Part shown: piece after piece, positions 46,509 through 56,575 of the stretch
Layout: every line of letters begins with the position of its first letter
How positions within the stretch are numbered: the stretch's first letter is position 1
NCBI GenBank assembly: GCA_035552775.1
Contig: DASZKW010000043.1
Span: forward strand, 1 to 64,000
Length of the DNA stretch: 64,000 bases
Reading direction: 5' to 3'
Origin: Acidimicrobiales bacterium
GTDB lineage: Bacteria; Actinomycetota; Acidimicrobiia; Acidimicrobiales; Palsa-688
Translations under genes and position numbers: made by a program
Notes under the pieces: generated by a model
What the model was told of the DNA's origin: nothing
What the model saw: only the letters and a program-made list of their open reading frames with translations
Database searches by the model: none

Positions 46509-48389
46509 CTCGCTGATCGACAGGGTGAGCGCCGGCCCGGTGTCAGTCATCCACAGCAGAACCCAACTCCCGGAGCGGTTCCCGAGATCGAATGTCGTCG
46601 ACCCGGCGATGTCGGTGTGCGTGGCGGTGAGTGGCCCCCAGGCGGCCAGGTCGGCGCCATCGGCGCCGGCGACGTAGGTGCTGGCCGCCCAGCCCTGGGT
46701 GGGCGAGGTCACCGACAGGCGCTGGAGGGGCTGGGTACCGACCAGGTGGATGGCGAGGCCCTCGCCGCCGTAGCCGGCGAAATCGCGGCCGTAGTAGCGC
46801 GACGTCTGCCAGGCCGTGCGGTCATTGCCGTCGTAGGTGTACTTGACGTCCTGAGGGTTGTCGGCATGTTTCTGGGGCGGCACGATCCACACCGAAACGT
46901 CACTGATCGTCACCGTGGTGCCGGACGCCCCCGCCGAGTTCGGGTGCCCCCCCCCGTGGCCGCCGACGACGAGCATGCCGGCCACCACCACCCCGGCGAT
47001 CGCCAATGCCCCAACGACGAGGCCCGGTGCCCGGCGACGCCGGCGGCGGCCCGGCGGGGGGCCGGCCCGACCGGGGGTCTCCTGGGTCGGCCGGTGCCGG
47101 CCGGGGGACTGCTGGGCGGGCCAGGCTCTACCGGTGCCCCCCTGCGGCGGGAAAGCCCCGCCGGCGCCCGCCGGAGCCGGCCAGGCCCTGCCGGCGGCTT
47201 CCTGGGCCGGGCCGACCCCCGCCCAATAGGGACCGGCGGCTGCCCTGGCACCCGTCGCCGTCTGGCGATCGGTGCGTGTGTCGGGAATGCCAGCCTCCGC
47301 CGCCTCTTCCTGCCGGCCCCGCCCAGCCACCTCGGTGTGCGACGCGTCCGATCGTCGATCCCGAGGTCCGGCCGAGTTAGCCCCCTCCGTGAGGGAACGG
47401 GCCGGGCGCTGCTGATGGCCTCTTGGTCCCGCCGGACCCTGCCCCGCCGGGCCGGCACCTCCGTCGGGACGGCGCTCACCGAGACGCCGGCGCCGGCCGG
47501 GTGCCCCGACCGGGGGAGGCGAATCGGTGGCCTGCAGGCCGACGAGCATCTGGCTCAAGGCGGTGGCCGAGGGCACCCGCCGGGCGGGGTCTGTGGCCAG
47601 CATCTCCGCCACCAGGGCGTCGAGGGGCCCCGACACGTCGGCACGAAGGCTGCGCAACCGCGGTGCGGGTCGGTCTAGGCGGGCCATGGCCATGGCCATC
47701 TCGCTTTCGCCATCGAACGGCGACCGCCCGGCCAGCATCTCGAATGTCACCACTCCGAGTGCGTACACGTCGGCGCGGGCGTCGGGCTCGATGCCCTGCA
47801 CCTGCTCGGGGCTCAGGTAGCGCGGGGTCCCCAGGACCATGCCGGTGCGGGTGAGGTCCATGCCCAGGCTCTCGGCCGCCTTGGCGATGCCAAAATCTGT
47901 GACCTTTACACCGGGCACCTCGGCGCCGTCGTCGAACAACAAGATGTTCGCCGGTTTGATATCGCGGTGAATGATCCCGGCCCGGTGGGCGTGGACCAGC
48001 GCGTCCGCGATCTGGGAGGTGATCCCGACGGCCAGCCACGGGGGGAGCATCCCCCGCGTCGCGAGATACTGCCGCAGGGTGTCGCCGCGCACCAGTTCCA
48101 TCACGATGTAGGTGGTTGGTCCGTCCACTCCGGCGTCGAAGGTGGCGACCACCCTCGGGTGGACGAGACGGGCGGCGGCGATCGCCTCACGCCGGAAGCG
48201 TTCGAGGAAGATCTCGTCGGTGGCGTATTGGCGCTGGAGGACCTTGATCGCCACCGCCCGGCTGAGGACCTGGTCGTGGGCCTCCCACACGTCGGCCATG
48301 CCCCCCCTGGCGATGGGGCGGACCAATCTGTAACGCCCACTCAGGACCTGGTCGACGGTCAGAGGCGCTGGGGCGTCAGGTCCGGGCAC
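46494..48389 (-). CDS. active Ser/Thr protein kinase with TM segment and C-terminal extracellular discoidin/galactose-binding-like domain
   Basis: Intact catalytic motifs (Gly loop ARGGMADV, VAIK, HRDIKPANILL, DFG, SPEQ). Long disordered linker, one TM (VVGALAIAGVVVAGMLVV), and a 150-aa beta-rich C-terminal domain. GTG start at 48389. Confidence 0.8.
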   Translation of the reverse strand: MPGPDAPAPLTVDQVLSGRYRLVRPIARGGMADVWEAHDQVLSRAVAIKVLQRQYATDEIFLERFRREAIAAARLVHPRVVATFDAGVDGPTTYIVMELVRGDTLRQYLATRGMLPPWLAVGITSQIADALVHAHRAGIIHRDIKPANILLFDDGAEVPGVKVTDFGIAKAAESLGMDLTRTGMVLGTPRYLSPEQVQGIEPDARADVYALGVVTFEMLAGRSPFDGESEMAMAMARLDRPAPRLRSLRADVSGPLDALVAEMLATDPARRVPSATALSQMLVGLQATDSPPPVGAPGRRRRLGERRPDGGAGPAGQGPAGPRGHQQRPARSLTEGANSAGPRDRRSDASHTEVAGRGRQEEAAEAGIPDTRTDRQTATGARAAAGPYWAGVGPAQEAAGRAWPAPAGAGGAFPPQGGTGRAWPAQQSPGRHRPTQETPGRAGPPPGRRRRRRAPGLVVGALAIAGVVVAGMLVVGGHGGGHPNSAGASGTTVTISDVSVWIVPPQKHADNPQDVKYTYDGNDRTAWQTSRYYGRDFAGYGGEGLAIHLVGTQPLQRLSVTSPTQGWAASTYVAGADGADLAAWGPLTATHTDIAGSTTFDLGNRSGSWVLLWMTDTGPALTLSISELQVT

Positions 48390-48443
48390 GACGCCGGCAA
48401 GGCTACCGGCCGAAGTTGCCGCCCTGGCATCAACACGATGTAC

Positions 48444-48540
48444 CAAGGCGAGCGTTGCTACGTCGACTCCCCGAGGAACGAAGGTCCAGGGTAACCGTCC
48501 GAGTCGGCGACAGCATCGTCGACGTAGCAACGCTCGCCTT
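48444..48540. repeat. perfect 23-bp inverted repeat (aaggcgagcgttgctacgtcgac / gtcgacgtagcaacgctcgcctt) with 51-nt spacer; member of a repeated element family
   Basis: Seen directly. Lies between degV and the kinase in a locally low-GC stretch. Partial second copy at 11393-11448. Confidence 0.85.
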
Positions 48541-48700
48541 TGTAAGTCCCGGCAAAATCGTGGCCTGTGGTAACGAATCGGAGCCCCGACTACGCCCGTC
48601 CGGCATCTTGTGTGCAGTTCCCGGGGATATAGCCAATGTTTCTGCAGTTAAGGTCAGCGCCGGCCGGCGACGGGGGAGGTTTTCGGCCCAGCGGGCTCTG

Positions 48701-49561
48701 CTAGTGGCCTGCGGGGGCAGGGCGGGCGCGGAGCATGGCCACGCCGATGGCGCCGGGACCACAGTGTGTCCCGATGACGGGGCCGATCTCGCCCACCACA
48801 ATGGGTACTGCCGGCTTGACGTCGGCAATGAGGGCGAGAAAGTCGTCGAGGTCGGGGGCGTCCGCCCCGAACGCGGCCATGCGCTCGAGCGGCCCTGCGG
48901 CGTGAACCTTGGCGGCCAGGTAACGCAGCGAACGACCCCGCGTCCGCTGCTTGGATTCCTCGGCCACCTCCCCGTCGCGCACCTCGATCACCGGTTTGAT
49001 GGCGAGCATCGATCCGATCATGGCCTGGGCGCCGCCGATGCGGCCTCCGTTGCGGAGATTCTCCAAGGTGTCGAAGGCGGCGAACACCAGCAGGCGGCTC
49101 TGGGCCCCGGCGACGGCGTCGGCCACCTCGTCGAGGCCTTTCTCCTCCTCCGCGGCCTGGGCGGCGATGAGCACCTGCAGCCCCTGTCCCAGGGTGACGT
49201 TGAGCGAGTCCACCACGAGCACCGGTAACCGTCCTTGCAGGTCCCGTGCCGCTTGCCGTGCGGCCTCGATCGTCGCCGACAGCTTCGAGGACAGGCTCAC
49301 ACACACGACTCCGTCGGCGCCCTCGCCGGCCATGCGGACGAAGGCCTCTCGGAAGTGGCCCGGCGACGGTGCCGCGGTGGCCGGCAGCCCGGCGAAGCTG
49401 CGCGCCCGGGCCCAGAAGTCCTTGGTCGGCAGTTCCTCGCGATCGACCAGTTCCTCGTCGCCGAAGCGGATCCGCAGCGGTACGAGACCTATGCCGTGCT
49501 CGGTGAGCACCTCGTCGGGAAGATCGCAAGCGCTATCGGTCACGACGCGGATACCGGGCAT
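48701..49561 (-). CDS. DegV-family fatty-acid-binding protein
   Basis: MPGIRVVTDSACDLP N-terminus typical of DegV. Confidence 0.8.
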   Translation of the reverse strand: MPGIRVVTDSACDLPDEVLTEHGIGLVPLRIRFGDEELVDREELPTKDFWARARSFAGLPATAAPSPGHFREAFVRMAGEGADGVVCVSLSSKLSATIEAARQAARDLQGRLPVLVVDSLNVTLGQGLQVLIAAQAAEEEKGLDEVADAVAGAQSRLLVFAAFDTLENLRNGGRIGGAQAMIGSMLAIKPVIEVRDGEVAEESKQRTRGRSLRYLAAKVHAAGPLERMAAFGADAPDLDDFLALIADVKPAVPIVVGEIGPVIGTHCGPGAIGVAMLRARPAPAGH

Positions 49562-49626
49562 GGCCCCCCTCTAGGTGACGTTGTTGTGAATGTTCGGACC
49601 ACGACGCTCCCCCGATGGTGACACGC

Positions 49627-52041
49627 TCAGCCGGCCGGGCGCCGCACACGAAGCACGTTGCGGACCTCGGCCACCCCGAGCCACAAGGCGACGAGGATGT
49701 ACACCGCCGCTCCCACCGCGCCGAGCACCACCACCCGCAACAACAGCACGGCGATCGCACCGCTGTTGGGAAGGAGGGCCGAGAGCCCCTCGAGCACCGC
49801 GGCCATGACAGCGGTCGCCAGCACCACCCTGAACGCGGCGACGAAGACGGCCGAGCCCTGCAGACCACCGGCTTTGACCCGTAGGTGGGCGAAGGACGCG
49901 ACGGCCGCCACCGAGTACGCCCCGATCCAGCCGATGACCAGACCCTTGACGCCGAGCATGGGGTAGAGACCCACCCCCACGAGCAAGGTGAGGGCGTTCT
50001 CGAAGCAGTAACGCCAGAACATCGAGCGGGTGTCCTTCATCGACTGGTATGCACGCATGAGAAGCAGGTACACGCTGAACCCGGGCAGGCCCACGGCGAA
50101 GATTGCGACGAGCACCCCGGTCAGGTGGGCCTCGCCGACCGACACCCGGCCGTGGCGCAGGGCAAGGCGGAGCAGGGGCTCGGCGAGGATGGCGTAGCCC
50201 ACGCCGGCGGGGACCATGATGGCGAGGGTGAGACGCAGGCCCGAACCCATCCGCGCCCTGAACGCTCGCAGCCGGCCGGCCGACCAGCGCTCGGCGAGAT
50301 CCGGGGCGATCACCGACGCGATGGACACCGCGAATATGGCGTAAGGCAGCTGGAAGAACTGGTAGGCGTAGTTGAACGCGGTCACGTCGCCGCTACGGGA
50401 GCTGGCCAGGAGCTGGATCACGTAAAAGCTCACCTGGTTGGCCAGCACGGCCCCGAATGTCCACCCCGACAGCCGCAATACCGTGCGCACCGCAGGATGC
50501 CCCGGCTCCCATACCGGGCGGAGGCGGACGCCCGTGCCGAGCAAGGCCGGCAGCTGGGCGCCGAACTGGACGAGGTAGCCGGCGGTGGTCCCGAGACCGA
50601 GGACGAGTATGGCGGCCTCGTCCCGCGCGAAGCCGGTCAGGGTGAGCGAGTGGGCCACCACGCCGGTCAGGATCACCGCGGCGACGGTCACGAGGTTGCA
50701 AACGATGGGGGAAAAGGCGGGCGCCGCGAACCGGCGCCGCGCGTTTAGCAGCGCCGTTGTCACCGCGATGGCCCCGAGGAGGAATAGCTGGGGCGCGAAG
50801 AGGCGCAACAGGTGGGTGGCGAGTTGGCGTTCGGCCCCGATGGCCGCCCCATGGTCCCTCACCAACAGCAGGTCGATGATGAGGGGGGCGGCCAACCAGA
50901 ACAGCGCCGTCAGCACCACCAGGGCGGCGGTGATGGTGGTAACCACGGCCGAGATGGACCTGTCCCCCTCGCGGCGGTCCCGCCGGGCCAGTTCTTCCAC
51001 GAAAACCGGTATCAGGGTGGCCGACAGCACCCCGCCGAGAACGAGGTCGTAGATGCTGTTGGGCATGTTGTTGGCCAGGTTGTAGGCGTCGGCCAGGCGG
51101 TCGACACCCAGCACCCAAGCCAGGGCGAGGACCTTGCCAAAGCCGGTGAGGCGGGACAGGAGGGTGCCCACGGCCATCATCGACGTGTTGCGGGAGAACG
51201 ACCGGCGCTCGTCGGCACCTTCCACCGGCAGACGCACGGGTGATGGCGGAGCGGGCGGGCGCGTCCCCCCGGGCTCGGGGGGTGGGGGCGGTGGCACGGG
51301 CCTTGTCGGCGACGACGGCACTCCGGGCCCGACGGGGGGCGCCGGCCGACCCGTTCGACCAGGCGGCGTGGCCGGCGCGGCCGGGGGAGGGGCCGGCGCG
51401 GGCGCGACCGGGGGGGCGGCTCGATCGGGCGGCGCGGCCGGCGCCGCCGGCGGGGAGGCGGGCAGGATCACCGGCTGGTCCGAAGGCTCGCCCCGGCGCA
51501 ACGTCGTCGGCGCCCGTGTCGGCGGGGGGGGGATTGCGGGGAGCGCCGGCCGGCGACTGCCTGCTCCCTGGCGGTCGTCGGGGCGTTCCCGGGCCGTGGT
51601 CTCGACTGGACCGCCGTCCGGCTCGAGGACCCGCACCCCCGAGCTGACCCGGAAGCCGGGCCGGACGGAGCCGGGCTGGTCGGGCGGTTCGATGCGACGC
51701 TGCGGACCCACGCGGACGGCATCGACGCCCACAGCGGCCACCGGGCCCGACAGCCCGGTGGTTGCCATCCCTATCGACGTGTAATCCGGGTAGTGGGGGG
51801 CGCCGTAGTCGGGCCCGGAGGCGTCCGCGTCGCCCTCGTCATCCACCTCGTCCGCCCGGCCCCCCCTGGCCGACCGGTAGTCGTGGGCTGGACCGTAGAC
51901 CTTGTCCCCCGAGCGGTGGTCCTTCGCGCCATCGTGGCGCCCCGGGCTCACCTCCGGTGCCCAGCCCGGGGTGGGCGGTCCGGATACTCCGGCGGCGGGG
52001 ACGCAAAGAACTCGGCCACCACGGGATCGTCGTCGACCCAC
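49627..52041 (-). CDS. murJ: lipid II flippase MurJ/MviN with an apparent roughly 280-aa proline-rich N-terminal extension (start uncertain; core begins near 51190)
   Basis: 14-TM MurJ core from MMAVGTLLSRLTGFGKV. The upstream in-frame region is Pro/Ala-rich with high GC3. Confidence 0.75.
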   Translation of the reverse strand: MGRRRSRGGRVLCVPAAGVSGPPTPGWAPEVSPGRHDGAKDHRSGDKVYGPAHDYRSARGGRADEVDDEGDADASGPDYGAPHYPDYTSIGMATTGLSGPVAAVGVDAVRVGPQRRIEPPDQPGSVRPGFRVSSGVRVLEPDGGPVETTARERPDDRQGAGSRRPALPAIPPPPTRAPTTLRRGEPSDQPVILPASPPAAPAAPPDRAAPPVAPAPAPPPAAPATPPGRTGRPAPPVGPGVPSSPTRPVPPPPPPEPGGTRPPAPPSPVRLPVEGADERRSFSRNTSMMAVGTLLSRLTGFGKVLALAWVLGVDRLADAYNLANNMPNSIYDLVLGGVLSATLIPVFVEELARRDRREGDRSISAVVTTITAALVVLTALFWLAAPLIIDLLLVRDHGAAIGAERQLATHLLRLFAPQLFLLGAIAVTTALLNARRRFAAPAFSPIVCNLVTVAAVILTGVVAHSLTLTGFARDEAAILVLGLGTTAGYLVQFGAQLPALLGTGVRLRPVWEPGHPAVRTVLRLSGWTFGAVLANQVSFYVIQLLASSRSGDVTAFNYAYQFFQLPYAIFAVSIASVIAPDLAERWSAGRLRAFRARMGSGLRLTLAIMVPAGVGYAILAEPLLRLALRHGRVSVGEAHLTGVLVAIFAVGLPGFSVYLLLMRAYQSMKDTRSMFWRYCFENALTLLVGVGLYPMLGVKGLVIGWIGAYSVAAVASFAHLRVKAGGLQGSAVFVAAFRVVLATAVMAAVLEGLSALLPNSGAIAVLLLRVVVLGAVGAAVYILVALWLGVAEVRNVLRVRRPAG

Positions 52042-54530
52042 AACGCGATCGCCTCCTCCGGGCGGCCAGCCGTCCCGGCTGCGGGCTCGGGTTCGGGCTG
52101 CACCACACCATCGTCGGGCTGCGCCACACCATCGTCGGGCTGCGGGGCACTGTCCGCCCGCTCCGGGACACCCTCGCCGGGCTCGGGGGCGGCTGGTGCA
52201 CCGTTTGCCGACTCCCCGTCCGCGAGCCGCCCGCTCGCCGCTTCTCGTTTGCCCGGTGCCGTTGCTCGGACTGCTCCGGGCAAGGACCGGGTCCCCTCGA
52301 CGGGCAGGGCCGCGCCGTTGCCTGCTCCGCGCCCCGATAGGGCGACCTCGGCACCCGGGCTGGCGACCGACGCGTCGCCTGAGCCGTCGCCTCCTTCGTC
52401 AACTGGGGGAAGCGGGGGGTCGACCAGTTGGCGGGCCCGCCGGCCGTGGCGTCGGTCGCGCACCCACCACACGCCAAGCAGCAACACCGCACCGATCATG
52501 AGAATTATCGCCACCACCGACACCGCGGTGCTGCGCACCGTGTAGTGGGCCTGTCCGAGCACGAGCGAACCGTCCCCCGAGCGCAGGGCGAGCTGGAGGG
52601 TGAAGACCCCGGTGGTCCTGGCCACCACCGGGACGCGCAAGGTGGTGGCCGGTCCCGTGAGGCTGAGGCTGCACACGACGGTGGTGGCGTCGCTCGACTG
52701 GCAGGTGCCCTCGGGGGGTTTGAACGAGTGGAAGGTCAGCTTTTGGCTGGTGAGCTGGAGGCGGACGCGGGCGACGCCGCTGCTGGTGCTCAGGACGGTG
52801 ACTGGGACGTTGCCGTTCTGGGAGGTGAGGGTTAGCGACACGCCCGGCGGCAACCGCACGCGGCCCGTCGCCGCCGAGAGGTCGTGTGCGACGCTGCCCA
52901 GGGCCGTCGAGCGCCGGCGGGCCGACAGGTCACTGGACTCGCCTACAAGCACCCGGCGCGCAAAGGCCCCGGCCTGGGCAGTGGCGGTGGGAAACGTCGA
53001 CTCGAAGGCGCTCAGCTGACGGCGCACGGCTCGCACGGCGGCCGCCTCGGAAAAGGTGTCGGTGGGCGGGCGGGGTGACACCAGGGACCGGCTGAGCGGG
53101 GTCGTGGCGCGAGGGACGCTGGCGAAGAGCTGGTCGAGTGTCATCGGCTGCAGAAGCGGGTTGCCGTGCAACCCGTCGAGAACCGTCTCGATGAACGCTG
53201 TGTTCGCGGTCCAGCTGCGCGGGGTCAGGACCCCGATGCCTCGTTGGTCGCCCGGCGTCTCGGTCTCGATCATGGACAGCTCGGCCAGCAGCTGGTCGGC
53301 CTGCAGGACCTGGTCCCCGGTGTTGGTGAAATGACGATCGAGATTGGTGTCTGCCCCGAGCACCGAGGTGGTGCCAGGCGACGCTTGGTTCACCCCCGGT
53401 GTCTCCAGCGAAGTGGGCTGCGCGAACGTCGTCTGCTGGCCCGCCGGCAGTGGGTCGAGGTCGCCGTCGGGCACGACGAGGCGGACAGCTCCGCGAGCCT
53501 CCAACACCCCCGCCGTCGAAGGGTCGAGGGGTCCGTCCACCGCCCACGTGCCCGGGTCGGCGGATGTCTGCAGGGTGGTTTGCAGGGTGCCGGCGCCGGC
53601 GCGCAGCTGGGCGCGTACCTCGCCGTCGAGGCCGGCCGCCTCCAGGGCGGGAAGGTCGAGTGCGACGTAGGGGGCGGGGAGGACCTGGTCGGGACCCGCC
53701 GCCACCGCCGAAAGCGCCGCTAAGGGGGCTTTACCCGACGCGCCGGCCGCGCTCAGCGAGTCGAGCGTCTGGGGGTCGGGTATCACCGAAACGGCCACGC
53801 CCGGGTGGGCGTCGAGGACGCCGATCTCGCCGCCGAGGCCGGTTACCGTGCTCGCCGACAACCGGCCGGGCTCGCCTGAGTTGGTGAGAGCCGGCGCGGC
53901 ACGCACCGGCAGGACCCAGGACACGGCCAGCTTGGGGAACCCGTTGGCCGTGGGTACCCACACCAGGTAGGTGGTGAGCGGATCACCCAGGAAGGCGCCG
54001 TTGGACCGGTTCACCACCCCGATCTGGACGGGATAGACACCGTTGTTGGTGCTGTTCAGCCCGATGCTGGACAGCCCTCCGGGCGGCGGCGGGGCGGCAG
54101 AATCGATCGGCAGCACGACCTCGGACCCTCCGCCCGGGCCGGCGGGCAGCGTGGAGACCGGTACCTGACCGCTCTGCCAGATGTAGCTGCCCCGCATCTG
54201 ACCGGCGAGGGTCGTCTCGAAGTCCGTGGTCGTGGTCAGCCGCGGGTATACGTACATGGCGAGCGCGGCATCCGCAGGGGCGTTCGGCGAGACTCGCACG
54301 TCCATGACGAACTGGGCGCCTGCGCCCCCTCCGACCCAGGGTGACTGGTCGACGACGCTGAGCAGGGCACTGGGGGACGACGAGGGCAACGAAGGGGGCG
54401 TCGTCGTCGTCGTGGTCGACGGCCCCGGGTTGTGGTGCGGTGACGCGGACGCCACCGGGGTGGCACCGAAAGAGGTGAGCACGGCGCCGCACGCGGCCAG
54501 GGCGCGCCACCACGGCCGGCGCCGGGTCAC
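51948..54530 (-). CDS. Rv3909-like large secreted protein (signal peptide, C-terminal TM and acidic cytoplasmic tail)
   Basis: 860 aa. The GTG start overlaps the GNAT stop (GTGA). Signal peptide WWRALAACGAVLTSFGATPVASA. TM AVSVVAIILMIGAVLLLGVWWV. 21-bp tandem repeat in the tail. Confidence 0.65.
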   Translation of the reverse strand: MTRRRPWWRALAACGAVLTSFGATPVASASPHHNPGPSTTTTTTPPSLPSSSPSALLSVVDQSPWVGGGAGAQFVMDVRVSPNAPADAALAMYVYPRLTTTTDFETTLAGQMRGSYIWQSGQVPVSTLPAGPGGGSEVVLPIDSAAPPPPGGLSSIGLNSTNNGVYPVQIGVVNRSNGAFLGDPLTTYLVWVPTANGFPKLAVSWVLPVRAAPALTNSGEPGRLSASTVTGLGGEIGVLDAHPGVAVSVIPDPQTLDSLSAAGASGKAPLAALSAVAAGPDQVLPAPYVALDLPALEAAGLDGEVRAQLRAGAGTLQTTLQTSADPGTWAVDGPLDPSTAGVLEARGAVRLVVPDGDLDPLPAGQQTTFAQPTSLETPGVNQASPGTTSVLGADTNLDRHFTNTGDQVLQADQLLAELSMIETETPGDQRGIGVLTPRSWTANTAFIETVLDGLHGNPLLQPMTLDQLFASVPRATTPLSRSLVSPRPPTDTFSEAAAVRAVRRQLSAFESTFPTATAQAGAFARRVLVGESSDLSARRRSTALGSVAHDLSAATGRVRLPPGVSLTLTSQNGNVPVTVLSTSSGVARVRLQLTSQKLTFHSFKPPEGTCQSSDATTVVCSLSLTGPATTLRVPVVARTTGVFTLQLALRSGDGSLVLGQAHYTVRSTAVSVVAIILMIGAVLLLGVWWVRDRRHGRRARQLVDPPLPPVDEGGDGSGDASVASPGAEVALSGRGAGNGAALPVEGTRSLPGAVRATAPGKREAASGRLADGESANGAPAAPEPGEGVPERADSAPQPDDGVAQPDDGVVQPEPEPAAGTAGRPEEAIALWVDDDPVVAEFFASPPPEYPDRPPRAGHRR
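52090..52139. repeat. 21-bp tandem repeat x2 (ctgcgccacaccatcgtcggg) in the tail of the Rv3909-like gene
   Basis: Seen directly. Encodes PDDGVAQ/PDDGVVQ. Confidence 0.75.
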
Positions 54531-55246
54531 CGGAGGCCGGCCGAGAGCACCGACAACCCGGACGGTTCCTCCCGGAAGCCGGCCGCGAGGTAGAGGGCGA
54601 GGGCGACGTCGTTTCCCACCTGGGTGTTCACCAGTGCGCGCCGAGCCCCCCGCCGGCGCAGCCAGTGCAAGCCGTCGAGGAGGAGGCGCCTCCCGGTACC
54701 GGTGCCCTGACCGGCGGGATCGACCGCCAGGCGCTGGACGAAACCGCGCCTGACCGCCCGGCCGCAAATTGCGTAGCCGATGACGTGGCCTTGGTCACCG
54801 ATCGCGGTGCGCACCCGGGTGTGGGGGGTGGCGCTGATGGCGTCGAGCAGGGTCCGGGCGTCGAACCGCCAGAACGTGGAAAACGCCGCTCTGTCGACGG
54901 CGAGGATGTCGGCGTGCCGTGACCGCCCGCCGCGCCGCAGCACCAGACCGTCAGGCACGGCGGGCAACGGGGGGCGGAGATCGACACCCAGCAGATGAAG
55001 GCGTTGCTCCACCGCGAAGCCGGCGGCGAGGAAACCGCCCTGCTCGGCAGGCAACAAGGCACCGGTGACGACCCGGGCGAAACCCCGATCGGCGAGGATC
55101 GCCAAGCAGCGCTTGACGAACTCGGAGGAGGGCAGGGGCGAGTTGGGCAGCGGTGCCAGGTAGGCGACATGGCGATCACCCCGCCACGGACCGGTCCGGG
55201 CACGTTCGTGCCCCCAGCGCAGCACGTCAGCGGTGGGGACGCTCAT
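54527..55246 (-). CDS. GNAT-family N-acetyltransferase
   Basis: Acetyl-CoA binding motif RLAVDPAGQGTGTGRRLL. Confidence 0.75.
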   Translation of the reverse strand: MSVPTADVLRWGHERARTGPWRGDRHVAYLAPLPNSPLPSSEFVKRCLAILADRGFARVVTGALLPAEQGGFLAAGFAVEQRLHLLGVDLRPPLPAVPDGLVLRRGGRSRHADILAVDRAAFSTFWRFDARTLLDAISATPHTRVRTAIGDQGHVIGYAICGRAVRRGFVQRLAVDPAGQGTGTGRRLLLDGLHWLRRRGARRALVNTQVGNDVALALYLAAGFREEPSGLSVLSAGLR

Positions 55247-55453
55247 GCCAAGCCGGGCCAGGATCCTAGCGAAACCACCGCGGCTGGCGATCCCTCCGAA
55301 GGGCCGCCTGACGAGCGCGAACAGCGAAGCGGCAGTTCGGCGTGCTCGGCGTCAACCCACCATGCGGCTCTTTCATGGTCGCTCACGGCAGACATCAAGA
55401 GTAGTGCCACCCCCCAGGCTCATCCGTACGGTTCCCCAGGTAGCCTGGCGGCT

Positions 55454-56470
55454 GTGACCGGTGCCACCGTCCTGATCGAGTCGCACCCCGACAGCGGTGC
55501 CCACGACACCGGTCCCGCCCACCCCGAACACCCTGGTCGCCTCGACGCAGTCCTCCGGGGCATCCACGCCGCCGGCGTCGACGACGCCCTCCTCCCGGTC
55601 ATCCCCCGCCCGGCCTCGCGCGCCGAGCTCGAGGCTGTTCACGACAGCGAGTACCTCGATGCCATGGAGGCGTTCTGCGCCCGGGGCGGGGGCGCCGTGG
55701 ACGCCGACACAGTGGCCTGCTCCCGTTCGTGGCAGGCCGCGCTCGTCGCCGCCGGTGCGGGCATCGACGCCACCGAACGCCTGCGGGCCGGGGAGGCCGA
55801 CGCCGCCTTCATCGCCGTACGCCCACCCGGTCATCACGCCACCGCCAGGCGGGCCATGGGGTTCTGCCTGCTCAACAACGTGGCGGTGACCGCGGCGGCG
55901 CTGGCCGATTCAGGCGAACGTGTCCTGATCGTCGACTACGACGCCCACCACGGCAACGGCACCCAGGGCGTCTTCTGGGACGACGGGCGGGTGACGTACC
56001 TGTCGCTGCACCAGTGGCCGTTCTACCCGGGCACCGGGTCCCTCGAGGAGTCCGGGAAAGGTGCCGGCGCCGGCGCCACCGTCAACGTGCCGCTGCCCGC
56101 CGGGACCACCGGCGACGTCTACCTGGCTGCCTTCGACGAGGTCATAGCTCCCGTCGCCGAACGGGCCCGACCCACCTGGGTCATCATCTCCGCCGGCTTC
56201 GACGCCCACCGTGACGATCCCCTGTGCAACCTGTCGCTGTCGGCCGGTGACTACTCGGAGCTCACGGCCAGGATCTCCTCGCTGGTTCCCCCGGGGAGGC
56301 GCCTGGTGGTGCTCGAAGGGGGCTACGACCTCGACGCCCTGGCTGCCTCCGCCGGCGCCTGCGTGGCCGCCCTGGCCGGTGGGCGCTACCAGCCCGAGCC
56401 TTCCACCAACGGGGGCCCCGGCCGCGAGGTGGTCGACGCCGTCCGCCGCCTCCACGTGGACGGGCGTTGA
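55454..56470 (+). CDS. histone deacetylase-family protein (AcuC/HDAC class)
   Basis: HP..P.R...L motifs, DYDAHHGNG, GGGY. GTG start chosen to avoid the antisense overlap with the GNAT gene. Confidence 0.75.
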   Translation: MTGATVLIESHPDSGAHDTGPAHPEHPGRLDAVLRGIHAAGVDDALLPVIPRPASRAELEAVHDSEYLDAMEAFCARGGGAVDADTVACSRSWQAALVAAGAGIDATERLRAGEADAAFIAVRPPGHHATARRAMGFCLLNNVAVTAAALADSGERVLIVDYDAHHGNGTQGVFWDDGRVTYLSLHQWPFYPGTGSLEESGKGAGAGATVNVPLPAGTTGDVYLAAFDEVIAPVAERARPTWVIISAGFDAHRDDPLCNLSLSAGDYSELTARISSLVPPGRRLVVLEGGYDLDALAASAGACVAALAGGRYQPEPSTNGGPGREVVDAVRRLHVDGR

Positions 56471-56575
56471 CCGGGGTATGTGCGGGGGTGGCCGCCTGAA
56501 GCCGGAAGGGGACAGGGCGGCGGGCGAGCCCAGCGGTAGGAGGTCGCCACTTTCCCCAACAGTCACGCACCCATC

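Noticed and set aside
54995-55453. First about 150 aa of + ORF 54995..56470
   Set aside because: Low-complexity and antisense to the GNAT gene. The deacetylase domain begins near the GTG at 55454.
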